DNA of 64,000 bases, taken from the IMG/VR virus record IMGVR_UViG_3300022752_000038, positions 1-64,000 of that record. One strand, 5' to 3'. The notes beneath the pieces are model-generated. The model was not told where the DNA came from. It was given only the letters and a program-made list of their open reading frames with translations, and did not search any database. This stretch comes from a virus. The stretch's first letter is position 1; each line of letters begins with the position of its first letter. The position numbers were made by a program, and so were the translations under genes. Positions 31,301-39,819 of the stretch are shown one piece after another.

Positions 31301-32349
31301 GTGACGGTAAAGTAGATTTAATGAATTTATCAGCTGACGCTATAGACTATGCTAATACAAAATTAAATGTAACAAAAGCTTGGGTAGAAACTGCAAAACA
31401 ATTAGAGGATATGCAGGGACTAAATGAATTAGCTAATTTAACAGCATACGGACAACGATATAAAACTGCAAATTTAATACAAACTGGAACTACCCGTAAA
31501 GTTAATTTTGGATATGCTGATGGCGGGTTAGTAGAATCTATACAAGCTGGATCAGAAATGTACGGTAACGTTGATGCAGCTAATACTGTATTATCCGGAG
31601 CAAAGGCAAGTACAGAGACTGGAGGATTCTTTAGTAGTATGTTCTCCGGAGTAAAAGGTCTGTTCGGTAAAGCAACATCAGCGCTCAGTGGAGGATTAAA
31701 TGTTGTACAAAAAATTACAAAACCAGTAACAAAGTTTTTACAGTCATCTGCCGGTAAGCTTTTAGGTCCAGTATTATCAATTGTATCATCTGTATCTGAT
31801 GTAATGACAAAAATTAGTAGTGCTAAAGAAGTAGTAGCTTCAGGCGGCACTGTAGACGCAACTACACTCGGATTAGATATATTACAAGCGGGTGCTTATC
31901 CAATAGCCAACGGTCTACTTAATTTTATACCTGGCGTAGGATCAATTATTTCAGCTTCAGATGCATTATTAAACATGTTCGGATTTTCACCTGTAAAATG
32001 GCTTACAGATAATTTGATAACTCTATTACCAGACAGTTTATTTGATTCTGTAGGAGAGTGGGCATTAGATACTGGCAATAATCAACAAACTACTACGCCC
32101 GCAGGTGTTACTGTACAACCGCCTCCGGCTAGTACCGTAACGGTTCAAGCTAATGACTTTATGATAGAGCCAAATGCTAATGATAAAATTGGCGGCGTGT
32201 TAGATAATAAATCTGTTGATGAAATGGTAAATCTGTTAAGACAAATGGTAGGACTATTAGGTCAACGTCAGACTGTATCATTATCAAATCAAACGGCAAT
32301 GGATATTGTAAAAGTAGCTACTGCTGATAGATCGTTTAGGACTTTTTAA
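25300..32349 (+). CDS. Tape measure protein
   Basis: 2349 aa, Ala/Gly-rich helical repeats, hydrophobic core, FAEGGYTG...GVVHAGEYVV motif; follows the chaperone. Confidence 0.88.
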   Translation: MATGPKKQKYTSDDFDSASFDKALTKVVQSSLKKAFGKGSIGATPVSDALQRDITSSETLADTLKSLAQHEQERQINANRTADIQHKAAIEGISFREAELRYNVEERKSQLIQESREKARNGIIDSRSKEIRSELASLNSSLGILSETIQQEETRANLVKQINNEYQSDQIKNQLAELRDVNAEHAISGERIGFATGAFEKLKQQSIITREEQIELNDILLNNRDASGMIKDINEKILEAQLSGNEKLKESLSIIKETLSIDQEREKLIQKISKQSDGYLKTMTSLSDKIPIIGGSISKYLEGGMKRYNEALADSIIKQKVGEQGLQHQGKAATALGSKLKAAWSSFGPGGMVLIGIGLLAAGLAAAYNFVKDFDKSITDTAQSMGTTKQAAQELSMAANATTLNQKEHLAAVKELNTAYGGMNAVNAKNVNQFTDQLKTINDLKIGFGLTSDEVTGLAASARSMGTDVTVLTANVLSTVEALESQGNYLVNQAAVMKDIGKLGKANARMFGNNAKALVKAAVAANMLGTNLGSMLKTAEDSLDIEQSLTKEALFQVFTGGKNVSLHEDMMKMREAYVNNDMESVMQAQGNIIANSYDSIIDASGKANQFALKKYADMMGQTTDEAMTQLESYDLAKSLGFDIQQIMSGEISVDMMEGKMADIKDPAQKARIEEMIAKRKSVALSEEFDRSLQKLKESLTPLMGQVAPAIESIVHFGAALSAGITKVSSFVGGIGGMAVALGALVLGFIGFRKLFDTFRSSSLGETLLGKTKETKQAEAVKTGMKSALDYYSASPSLAVTIVANKIKGGGGDGESGSANGKSPDTKEMSKKGASESFKDNMKNIAEGFKAMGESGVGKGILNTALAGPALLLAIPAIPFILFMGKSKLDSLENNFYNLASGLTAMGEAGRSGILNTALAGPALLLGMLGIPMLTFMGKIKLGNLFTNFSQLASGLTAMSAVPKSGILNIGLFGIAAIPSLLSIPFLTFMGLVPLAQLAVNFTSLGTGLSALSAGIGGVGVLAAFAIAAILAIPSLIFLGGIALLGEVAAAGLIALGGGLEALGAVAATGLPFLAVGLIAALGASMIPFAAALYIATPAIEALGKVVIGVFSAMPAIITAVANGFVTIFDTLAENWQVLIPVGIGLTALAVGVGVLGAASLLAAPGLLVLTGMMYMAAPAIAAVSASMTELIPVFEALATIDSKQIIALGKGLVVLGAGLLALTAGSVVNGIASFFGAGPVDMLKDLASIDGQGVNITAQAITSLASALQGFSSIDTTSIGNGLGSIAAGFLALSAGSVINGIADFFGAGPVDLLKDLTSVDGKSIESIAKGIDVLVKSIDQFTSIDLQAMEDTIGKVEELSDINSSGIGSLLSSIGSGIGGAMSSIVTGVQSVAAPITDALSGAFDSAYNEISGWFGFSPSEIGNSILNGIQSVSPDISSNLTQPFDNAASKLNAGPLKDFGDNVAGIDTTKLKEQLGQFSGVLSGIDLDAITKFADLAEKDLGKAARNIVNGINSLVTINTGINFEGLYNTFDTLGEAFNELGIDDLIKFLSIDKDLKTFGANIQAGFSSISSMPEYDFGNFENTLESLNEALAESDLSDLDQFTKINFSSLATIATNLKAGLQGLVDVGNMEDMGTGFMSGMLGTNGLGGLESIFEGLANAIDELDLTELDQFTKLNFSGLSTMAQSLSAGLEELNALGNRDMGTMFSGMFGEGGLGGLESIFEGLSDAVDELDMDALGKFTTLNVSGLSTTANNIKQGISDLVSVADSAGQISILQNVFTTLTSVFNSIDPNIFNRLGQLDVTGITIFANNFKNALMQLSTLSSIDLSGVVALSTTITKLTDLISKINFTEVFKPIIDLKVDPIIQQIDRLVEAFAKLTKLQSVQATVNVQTIADKAAEVKTTNTVQAPMPEPAKAFAEGGYTGPGSKYEPAGVVHAGEYVVNAEQTKQWAPLLEMINSGDATIGAISAQVNYPPVPAYGSGDRMLDMESMARLVDVRDGKVDLMNLSADAIDYANTKLNVTKAWVETAKQLEDMQGLNELANLTAYGQRYKTANLIQTGTTRKVNFGYADGGLVESIQAGSEMYGNVDAANTVLSGAKASTETGGFFSSMFSGVKGLFGKATSALSGGLNVVQKITKPVTKFLQSSAGKLLGPVLSIVSSVSDVMTKISSAKEVVASGGTVDATTLGLDILQAGAYPIANGLLNFIPGVGSIISASDALLNMFGFSPVKWLTDNLITLLPDSLFDSVGEWALDTGNNQQTTTPAGVTVQPPPASTVTVQANDFMIEPNANDKIGGVLDNKSVDEMVNLLRQMVGLLGQRQTVSLSNQTAMDIVKVATADRSFRTF

Positions 32350-32361
32350 AGGATATAAACC

Positions 32362-35079
32362 ATGGCATTAATTGATTTGAAATCTGATTTAAGTTGGTAT
32401 GGTAAGACACCGCCACATGGCGTGTATCGCGATGATCGCAACAATACAAAATTTACATATAATGACGATTTAACAGTAACCGCTGCAGTCACAGGCAATG
32501 CCGGGCAAAATTTAACACCAAAGACATCAGCCGATGAATTTAATGCGAGTAATGGAGTATCTAAACGTAAAACTCAACTCGGTGTCGGTACGCAGTTACC
32601 AATCGGGCCAACAGGCGGTTTGTTCAACTTTGATACTAAGCGTATCGGATGGCATGCAGACTCTAAATATGGAAGTGTATTTAACAAACTTTTAGATATT
32701 GGTTTAGCTAAAACATATGTCAATAACTCGCCGCTTAAAGACATGTACAATAGATTTAAAGTACATGACGAAATATACGACGCATTTGGATACGCAAAAA
32801 CAGTTATACTACGTGGTATACAACAAGATGATAGATCAGATCCACAACGCTGGGGACTAAATTCTCCAACAATGGATGTGCCCCGCGATGGCGTAGTATC
32901 AACTGCGGAACGTATAGCTAATGATGCTGCACGATTAGGTAAATTCCTGATACGGCCTACCGGATTGCTATTTTTAGCTAAACAACAGCTGTTGCATTTA
33001 ATGCAACCTAATCCAGAACAAGTAAGCGGAAATGTCGGTGTAATTGATCCTATAAAATTATTTAATCCTGTTAACTTTTTAGCATCTGCACTAGGATCGC
33101 CGTTAGGATTGCGTTTTAAAAACTGGGGATTGCAACCGTTAATAAGTTTGTCTCCGACATATGAATCAACTAAAAAAGCACAAAATATAATATTAAGTTC
33201 TGTGCCTCCATTGCCGATTGCAGGTTTGGGTTTTAATAGATTGCTAAATTTACATTTTCAACGCATTGGTAATTTTGTAAATCCATTAGGTTTCGTTGAA
33301 TGGTTAGCTCCTAGCGCAGCTACAGGGCCTGATAGTGTTGCGGGAATTGGACGTACTAATTTTACTAAAAGACAAGAATACAATACGTTTACATATCCAT
33401 CAGGTATAGGCGAAATTGAATCTATACCGATCGGTGATGTGTTGAGTTGGAGTAATACTTACGGCCGGCAAAACGCAATTCTAGACTTACCAGTACCAAG
33501 CGATGTGTATAATATAGGCGCACATCTCGTCAAGCCGATATATAACGCTAAACAATTGGAAGGTGCTAGTACAGATTTGGACACAAACTTTTACGTTAAG
33601 CAAAAGAAAAATCAAAGAATAGGATTCATGCGCTTCTCGGCTGACGGTGATAAGCGAGAATTATCTACACGTAAAATGATGATTAATCGTGTAAGTGACG
33701 ATAACTTTGTATTAATAACAACGCCTGACGAGGGTACGAGTACAGACCTATTTCCATTAACCGGATTACGTGCTCAATTTGATTGGCACGATGCAAATGG
33801 CGATACCACAGATTGGTACGGTAGAAATATTAAAGCTTCTCCGACAACATTAAGTTTTCTAGGTCCCGAATCAAGTAAGAATGCAGCTGTAATATATTTA
33901 GGAACACGTACGGCCGGTAAAAATACTGGAGAATATATTACCGAAGATGCTAATGATGATGGAGATATTAAATCATTTAATCCAGGTAGACGATTTTCAG
34001 ATGGGGATAAAGCTTTAGCCGAAAAACTTGCAGATACCGTTAAGGTAGATGATAAGATGAAAGGTAAGTTTTTTGGAGGAGTAAAAGAATTAGTAGAGAA
34101 AAAGTTTGACCGAGCCACTGCTCCAGAACCAACCACAATTATAGATTATAGGGCAATGTCATATCCGCAGATACGTAAAACTACAAAAGATAGGGTATCA
34201 GGTACTAGTAAAGTATTAGATTTTCGTACATTACAGGACGGCGCTGCGAAAGAATGGGATACTACTAAAAAGCCTACATTAGAAAGTTTTTACGGATATA
34301 CTTCGTATAATGCAGCAGATCGTAGAACAGCAAAGCCAGATCCAGTACAAAATGCAGGATTTGGTACAGGCACGAACAATACGAGTAATATTAAAGATTT
34401 AATAAAATTTGAATTTGAAGGATTGGGCGGCCCGCAGCACGGTAAACGATACATGTTTAGAGCATATATAAATTCATTAGATGATACGTTTTCTCCCAGC
34501 TGGAGCGGACAACAAGACCAGGGCCGTGCTGACCAAAAATATTTGTATGCTAGTTATGAACGGCAAATAAATGTAGATTTTAAAGTAGTTGTACATTCAC
34601 ATAAAGAAATGGGAACGGTATGGGATAAATTATCCGAACTAGCACAAAATACATTGCCAGTATATCCTGGTGGTGGATTTCATGGTCAATTTATACGTAT
34701 AACAATAGGTGACTTATATGTTAGACAATATATGTTTATTAATAGTCTAACATATTCATGGGATAATGAAACTCCATGGGAAATAACCGAAGGAATGCAA
34801 TTACCATTATACACAGACGTTTCATTAGGACTTACACATGTGGGTGCAAGCAAACCGCAATCCGGGCAAAATCCGTTCCAGTACGACAGAAAAACTAGAT
34901 TGTACGGTCCATTCGGCGATGAATTTACATATACCGCAGCTGCCGGCGTGTCCCAACCAGAAACTCGTGATAACATTACCGACAGTGTTCCATATGATTC
35001 TACAGAAAATAAAGCTACAGTTTATTCAGAAGAGCAGCCTGCAGAAGATAAAGCAGCAGCTGAAGCTGGAGCAGAATAA
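32362..35079 (+). CDS. Baseplate/tube-initiator-like structural protein
   Basis: C-terminal FRAYINSLDDTFSPSW...GRAD...YERQINVDF...ITIGD...SLTYSWD...PWEI; follows the tape measure gene. Confidence 0.6.
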   Translation: MALIDLKSDLSWYGKTPPHGVYRDDRNNTKFTYNDDLTVTAAVTGNAGQNLTPKTSADEFNASNGVSKRKTQLGVGTQLPIGPTGGLFNFDTKRIGWHADSKYGSVFNKLLDIGLAKTYVNNSPLKDMYNRFKVHDEIYDAFGYAKTVILRGIQQDDRSDPQRWGLNSPTMDVPRDGVVSTAERIANDAARLGKFLIRPTGLLFLAKQQLLHLMQPNPEQVSGNVGVIDPIKLFNPVNFLASALGSPLGLRFKNWGLQPLISLSPTYESTKKAQNIILSSVPPLPIAGLGFNRLLNLHFQRIGNFVNPLGFVEWLAPSAATGPDSVAGIGRTNFTKRQEYNTFTYPSGIGEIESIPIGDVLSWSNTYGRQNAILDLPVPSDVYNIGAHLVKPIYNAKQLEGASTDLDTNFYVKQKKNQRIGFMRFSADGDKRELSTRKMMINRVSDDNFVLITTPDEGTSTDLFPLTGLRAQFDWHDANGDTTDWYGRNIKASPTTLSFLGPESSKNAAVIYLGTRTAGKNTGEYITEDANDDGDIKSFNPGRRFSDGDKALAEKLADTVKVDDKMKGKFFGGVKELVEKKFDRATAPEPTTIIDYRAMSYPQIRKTTKDRVSGTSKVLDFRTLQDGAAKEWDTTKKPTLESFYGYTSYNAADRRTAKPDPVQNAGFGTGTNNTSNIKDLIKFEFEGLGGPQHGKRYMFRAYINSLDDTFSPSWSGQQDQGRADQKYLYASYERQINVDFKVVVHSHKEMGTVWDKLSELAQNTLPVYPGGGFHGQFIRITIGDLYVRQYMFINSLTYSWDNETPWEITEGMQLPLYTDVSLGLTHVGASKPQSGQNPFQYDRKTRLYGPFGDEFTYTAAAGVSQPETRDNITDSVPYDSTENKATVYSEEQPAEDKAAAEAGAE

Positions 35080-35097
35080 ATTAATTAAAGATATACA

Positions 35098-35406
35098 ATG
35101 GAAGATAGAAATCGATACACAAAACAAACATCTTACAATGGATTTAAAGCATATGCTACGTCTAAAATTTTTAAAACTCCGACTAGTCCTGACGATCAAT
35201 ATATAATTTCGCGGGAACGTGATCGTTTAGATTCATTAGCATATGAATTTTACGGAGATGCTAGATTTTGGATATTAATAGCTGAGGCTAATAATCTAGG
35301 AAAAGGATCTTTTGCAGTACCACCCGGACTTCAACTACGTATACCTAGTAGAACTTTTATACTAGAAGTGGACAATACATTGCGACGTACAGAGGAAGAA
35401 CGTTAA
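35098..35406 (+). CDS. LysM-like baseplate wedge protein (gp53/gpX-like)
   Basis: DRLDSLAYEFYGDARFWILIAEAN...GLQLRIP. Confidence 0.8.
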   Translation: MEDRNRYTKQTSYNGFKAYATSKIFKTPTSPDDQYIISRERDRLDSLAYEFYGDARFWILIAEANNLGKGSFAVPPGLQLRIPSRTFILEVDNTLRRTEEER

Positions 35407-35431
35407 TATTTATCTAAAATAAAGTTATAGT

Positions 35432-37279
35432 ATGGCATCGTATTTTAATAGAGGATCAGCACCTGGTGTACCGGGTCATGGTAAAGGATATTTACATAAA
35501 GCGGTACCTAACGCTAGCGTTAGTGTTAGCATGAACGGATTTGGTTTGCCTGCAAATGGAACTGGATTTGATATTTATGGCGGCGGCGGCCGGCCCGGCT
35601 ATAAATTAAATAGTGTAACAGTAGAAACCGGCGATTCTTTAGGTATGGTTACACGCGCTGAAGCTAGTTTTACATGTTTTACATTAGGGGCATTTCAGGC
35701 AGCAAAATCCACGGCTATGAAATTCGGAAAACCAATGAGTGTTAGTATCGGATATGTATCTGGGGCAGGTAGTGGTGGACAAGGAATAAGTGTAAGTAAT
35801 TTAATGATATATAGTTTTAAATGGAACTTAACTAAAGATAACTTTTTTGATTGTTCGGTGTCTGGTATTGCTGCATCAACATCAATTCTAAAAGCTGAAT
35901 TATCATCTACTGGTTGGTCAGGCATAACCTTTAAAGACGGCACAAAAGATGCACCCGGATCAGATGTACCAGTTGGATCAATACCAGCATGGATACGACA
36001 TACAGCGCAGGGCGGTGGTACGACTACAGATGATACTATTTTAACTGCCGGCGAAGGCGGCAAGTTAGTAGGTGATGTATTAGTAATGAAGAATCCATTA
36101 TTAAATACAGAAGAAGCTCCGGCAGAACCAGATCCAGCCACAACTGCATATGTAGATTCTAAATTAGCATCTTTACCAGGCGGTCCGCCAAAAGATACTC
36201 CTTGTTTTTATTACATTACATTAGCAAAACTTGTACAATTAATTAATACATATTATTCTGTAACTATTAAACCATCGGATATAAATTCTTGTTGGCGAGG
36301 TCAGCCTAATTTTAAACTCGACGAGTCGGCTACAAATGCAGGAATAATTAGTCCGTCTATATGTAGTGCAGAACCATTTAAAATGTTAATTCCAGGTGTA
36401 GCTAATTACGGACTTAGTAGTCAAGGCGAAGGCCCGCCAGCGACTGCCGGTAAATATTTAGCTGATGATGCTGGTGCAACAACGGCTATTACAGGTACCG
36501 GTATAAACTGCGGAAACATTTTAATATCTGCAAACTGGTTAGCTTCAGATATAATGGGCCCAGGAAATGGGTTTGAAGCTCCAGATACTGCTACTGCTAA
36601 TAAAGCTGCAGCTGATACGCCAAAAGGTACAAAGTTTTCATTTGAATCATTTTTTAAAAAATTATTTGATGGTATTTCTTTTCTAACCGGTGGAGCTATT
36701 AAATTACAACTAGTTGCCCCGCATTCAGGAAATTCAGCTGATATATTAATAATAGCATTAAATAGCGGTACTATCACTAGTGGTGCATCCGTTTTTGATC
36801 CGTTTAGTGGTAACCAAGCCATTAGACAACTAGATTTAGGATGTGCTCCGGCATCTGCAGATGGATTTGCTATAGCAGTAAAACATCCATCTAATGCAGG
36901 CCCGGCAAAGTGGAATGGAGAAGCTGCTAGCGGTACTAACCAAGCTGCGGCATTAAAGTTAGTACAAGACATGTCTAATTCAGGATTGACAAACGATAAA
37001 TACTCAGCTGATTCGTCCAAAACGTTACGTGAAGCATTAGCTGCTGTTGTATCGGGAGCTTCTGCAGAAGATGCACGAACAGGGAAAGTAGCTGTTACAG
37101 ATGCACAATTTCCTATGACATTTAGAGCTACAATACAAGGTCATGGCGGATTTAAATTTGGACAACGAGTTACTGTTGCAGGTATAGGTGGCGGATCGTT
37201 TATGGTAACTAAAGTTACACATACAGCCGCGGAAAACGATTGGCAGTCAGTAGTAGAAGCAGTATGGTTAGGAGGTTAA
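35432..37279 (+). CDS. Putative baseplate hub protein (gp27-like)
   Basis: C-terminal TIQGHGGFKFGQ...FMVTKVTH...W; synteny. Confidence 0.5.
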   Translation: MASYFNRGSAPGVPGHGKGYLHKAVPNASVSVSMNGFGLPANGTGFDIYGGGGRPGYKLNSVTVETGDSLGMVTRAEASFTCFTLGAFQAAKSTAMKFGKPMSVSIGYVSGAGSGGQGISVSNLMIYSFKWNLTKDNFFDCSVSGIAASTSILKAELSSTGWSGITFKDGTKDAPGSDVPVGSIPAWIRHTAQGGGTTTDDTILTAGEGGKLVGDVLVMKNPLLNTEEAPAEPDPATTAYVDSKLASLPGGPPKDTPCFYYITLAKLVQLINTYYSVTIKPSDINSCWRGQPNFKLDESATNAGIISPSICSAEPFKMLIPGVANYGLSSQGEGPPATAGKYLADDAGATTAITGTGINCGNILISANWLASDIMGPGNGFEAPDTATANKAAADTPKGTKFSFESFFKKLFDGISFLTGGAIKLQLVAPHSGNSADILIIALNSGTITSGASVFDPFSGNQAIRQLDLGCAPASADGFAIAVKHPSNAGPAKWNGEAASGTNQAAALKLVQDMSNSGLTNDKYSADSSKTLREALAAVVSGASAEDARTGKVAVTDAQFPMTFRATIQGHGGFKFGQRVTVAGIGGGSFMVTKVTHTAAENDWQSVVEAVWLGG

Positions 37280-37282
37280 TAT

Positions 37283-37849
37283 ATGCGTTTAAAATCTTTT
37301 TATCTAAAAAGTGAAATACAAACAGGTTTTTACGCAAATCCAGGTGAATGGGTATTAGAAGATGGCACTGAATATGTAGGTGTATATTGTTTAGCAGCTG
37401 GTATACCAGTAACCGGAGAAACGCCTACTAACAAATCTCAAGCGTTACGTAAGGGGGGAGCTGCTGGTATTTATCACCTGCGTCCGGAAAATATTGACTA
37501 TTTTAATCTACGTAAAAAACGACCACAATATCATAATCATAAGTTGCCGGTTTATTATCAACCAGTGCCTACGCCTGATGATTACATTAAACGTCAATTC
37601 ACACGATACTTTGTACAAAAGATTAATCAACTAGATTACATTGTAGAAATTGATAAAGATCAATATAAAGATGCAAATTCAAACAATAAACCTGGTATTA
37701 ATTTACTTTTGTTTCGTCGCGGACAAATTACATGGTCTATTAAAGGACAAGAGTCATTAGAGTATAATGAACGTGCTTTAATAGTTTTAGAAGATACCTT
37801 TCCAGGCATTCGTGAATATTTTTCATATTATGGCGAATATGTAATCTAA
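37283..37849 (+). CDS. Hypothetical protein at the end of the baseplate cluster
   Basis: 188 aa; PTPDDY...FTRYFVQK. Confidence 0.55.
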   Translation: MRLKSFYLKSEIQTGFYANPGEWVLEDGTEYVGVYCLAAGIPVTGETPTNKSQALRKGGAAGIYHLRPENIDYFNLRKKRPQYHNHKLPVYYQPVPTPDDYIKRQFTRYFVQKINQLDYIVEIDKDQYKDANSNNKPGINLLLFRRGQITWSIKGQESLEYNERALIVLEDTFPGIREYFSYYGEYVI

Positions 37850-37852
37850 ATA

Positions 37853-37886
37853 TTTGGATTCGTACGATAAACATCTTATAATTAAG
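37853..37886 (+). promoter_or_regulatory. Early/middle-type promoter TTTG-N18-CTTATAATTAAG
   Basis: Recurrent bipartite motif; ATG only 2 nt downstream. Confidence 0.6.
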
Positions 37887-37888
37887 AA

Positions 37889-39229
37889 ATGTTTATTGAT
37901 TCCGAAATAGAGTTACAAGTTGTATATGACTGTTTACGAGCCGGAGATAGTTTCTGGATTCCAATATTTTCTGATAACTATAAACATTACACGCAAAACC
38001 GTTTAAGTGCGTTATACATATATAGTATAGCTCACGATAGAGACTTTGTCGTATCATTTCATAATCCAGATTGTAAAAACTTTAATATAGAACTTTTACA
38101 GAAGTTTACAAGTTCATATAATATCTTTGTACTTTCAAAAAAACGATTCGTTTATACGTATGCAAATAGTTGTTATGATGCTGATTTGTTTGCATGGTGG
38201 CACACTAACAAAATGTTGCCATTGGACAATACGGATACTACGGCACATGATATGTGGAATAAATGGTGGTTTACAGAATCTAATAGTAATGATTGGTTTC
38301 CGATGACTAAGCATTTAGAAAGGTGTCGTAGCATGCGCGGGGTATTTATGAACATATATAACTCATATCAGATAACAGATGAATTTAAAGAATATGAAAA
38401 ATATATTATCGATAATTTATTTGGTATTGAAGTAAATGGTATACATGTAAATACGGCACTATTACAAGAACATTTTAATCAAACGACACGTTCTGGATTT
38501 ATGCATAGCGAATACAATACATATACCAGTACTGGACGTCCTAGTAATAAGTTTGGTGGTATTAATTATGCTGCTTTAAATAAAGATAATGGCTCGCGTA
38601 GTATGATATGTAGTAGATTTAACCGCGGTATGTTATTAGAATTTGATTACGATGCATTCCATGTACGGTTAATCGCCGATCTCATTGATTATAAATTACC
38701 AGATGAATCTGTACATACATATTTTGGTAGACAATATTTCAATAAAACGGAATTGACTACAGAAGAATATGAACAAAGCAAACAAATGACATTTCATTTG
38801 TTGTATGGTGGTATTGATAAAGAGTTTGAAAAGATTCCGTTCTTCGGTAAAACTAAACAATACATTGCTGATCTATGGAAACAGTTTAAACGTGATGGAT
38901 ATATAGTAACTCCTAAGTTTAAACGTGCCATTAAATGGGATAGCATTACGGATGCGAATGCCGGTAAATTATTTAATTATCTATTACAAGCCACAGAGAC
39001 TGAACATAACATGCTAGTAATAAACGAATTGCATGACATGTTATCCGAGTATTCTAGTAAGTTGATATTGTATACTTATGATTCGCTATTGTTTGATTTT
39101 GATCTAAATGATAACAAAGATCTTATCCTAAAGCTAAAGAAAATAATATCTGCAAACGGATTTCCTGTAAAAATAAAAGCTGGCGTTAACTATCATGCCA
39201 TGCAGGATATGACAAACAAAGTTTGTTGA
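37889..39229 (+). CDS. polA: Divergent family A DNA polymerase (polymerase domain)
   Basis: TSTGRPS; motif A EFDYDAFHVR; motif B KQMTFHLLYG; NYLLQ; motif C YTYDSLLF. Confidence 0.8.
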   Translation: MFIDSEIELQVVYDCLRAGDSFWIPIFSDNYKHYTQNRLSALYIYSIAHDRDFVVSFHNPDCKNFNIELLQKFTSSYNIFVLSKKRFVYTYANSCYDADLFAWWHTNKMLPLDNTDTTAHDMWNKWWFTESNSNDWFPMTKHLERCRSMRGVFMNIYNSYQITDEFKEYEKYIIDNLFGIEVNGIHVNTALLQEHFNQTTRSGFMHSEYNTYTSTGRPSNKFGGINYAALNKDNGSRSMICSRFNRGMLLEFDYDAFHVRLIADLIDYKLPDESVHTYFGRQYFNKTELTTEEYEQSKQMTFHLLYGGIDKEFEKIPFFGKTKQYIADLWKQFKRDGYIVTPKFKRAIKWDSITDANAGKLFNYLLQATETEHNMLVINELHDMLSEYSSKLILYTYDSLLFDFDLNDNKDLILKLKKIISANGFPVKIKAGVNYHAMQDMTNKVC

Positions 39230-39270
39230 ATATTTATTAATAAAGTTACGAATATTTATAATAAACTCAT

Positions 39271-39819
39271 ATGATGACATTACCAAATTCAATCGTACAA
39301 AACGTAGTATCGACGCAAGAAAGTGTAATAAAACCAAAAACACTTACTCCAGAAATTGTTGATACGTTAAATTCAGCAATAGCTGAAGAATATGCTGCAC
39401 ATTATTTTTATCGCGGGGCAGCTAATTGGTGCCAAGGAGTTGGCTATACTAAAGCGGCCGCATTTTACTCAGGCGAAGCAGCTGCCGAACTAGAACATGC
39501 TGAAAAATTGCAAAAGTATCTTGTAGATTGGAACGCCACTCCGTTGTTACCTGCTATTAAATTTAACGGTGAATTTGCGCATTTAATTGATGTAGTTAAC
39601 AAGTCATACGCTATTGAGTATCAGTTAGGTGATAAGTATATGACATGGGCAAGTCAAATGTTTAATACACATTTAATGACATTTAATTTCTTGCAAGAGT
39701 TTGTAGATATTCAAAATGAATCAATTGCTGAGTCATCTGATTTATTAAATGCCGCTCAACTAGTTGATGTTTCCAATAAACTTGATCTATTACATTATGA
39801 AGAAAGATACTTTGGTTAA
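39271..39819 (+). CDS. ftn: Ferritin-like protein
   Basis: IAEEYAAHYFY, ELEHAEK, IEY, FVDIQNES ferroxidase-type residues. Confidence 0.85.
   Translation: MMTLPNSIVQNVVSTQESVIKPKTLTPEIVDTLNSAIAEEYAAHYFYRGAANWCQGVGYTKAAAFYSGEAAAELEHAEKLQKYLVDWNATPLLPAIKFNGEFAHLIDVVNKSYAIEYQLGDKYMTWASQMFNTHLMTFNFLQEFVDIQNESIAESSDLLNAAQLVDVSNKLDLLHYEERYFG

Noticed and set aside
34838-35206. Alternate-frame + strand ORFs (also 40623, 48127, 50628, 51059, 63765)
   Set aside because: Nested in better-supported genes, with no SD or recognisable motifs.
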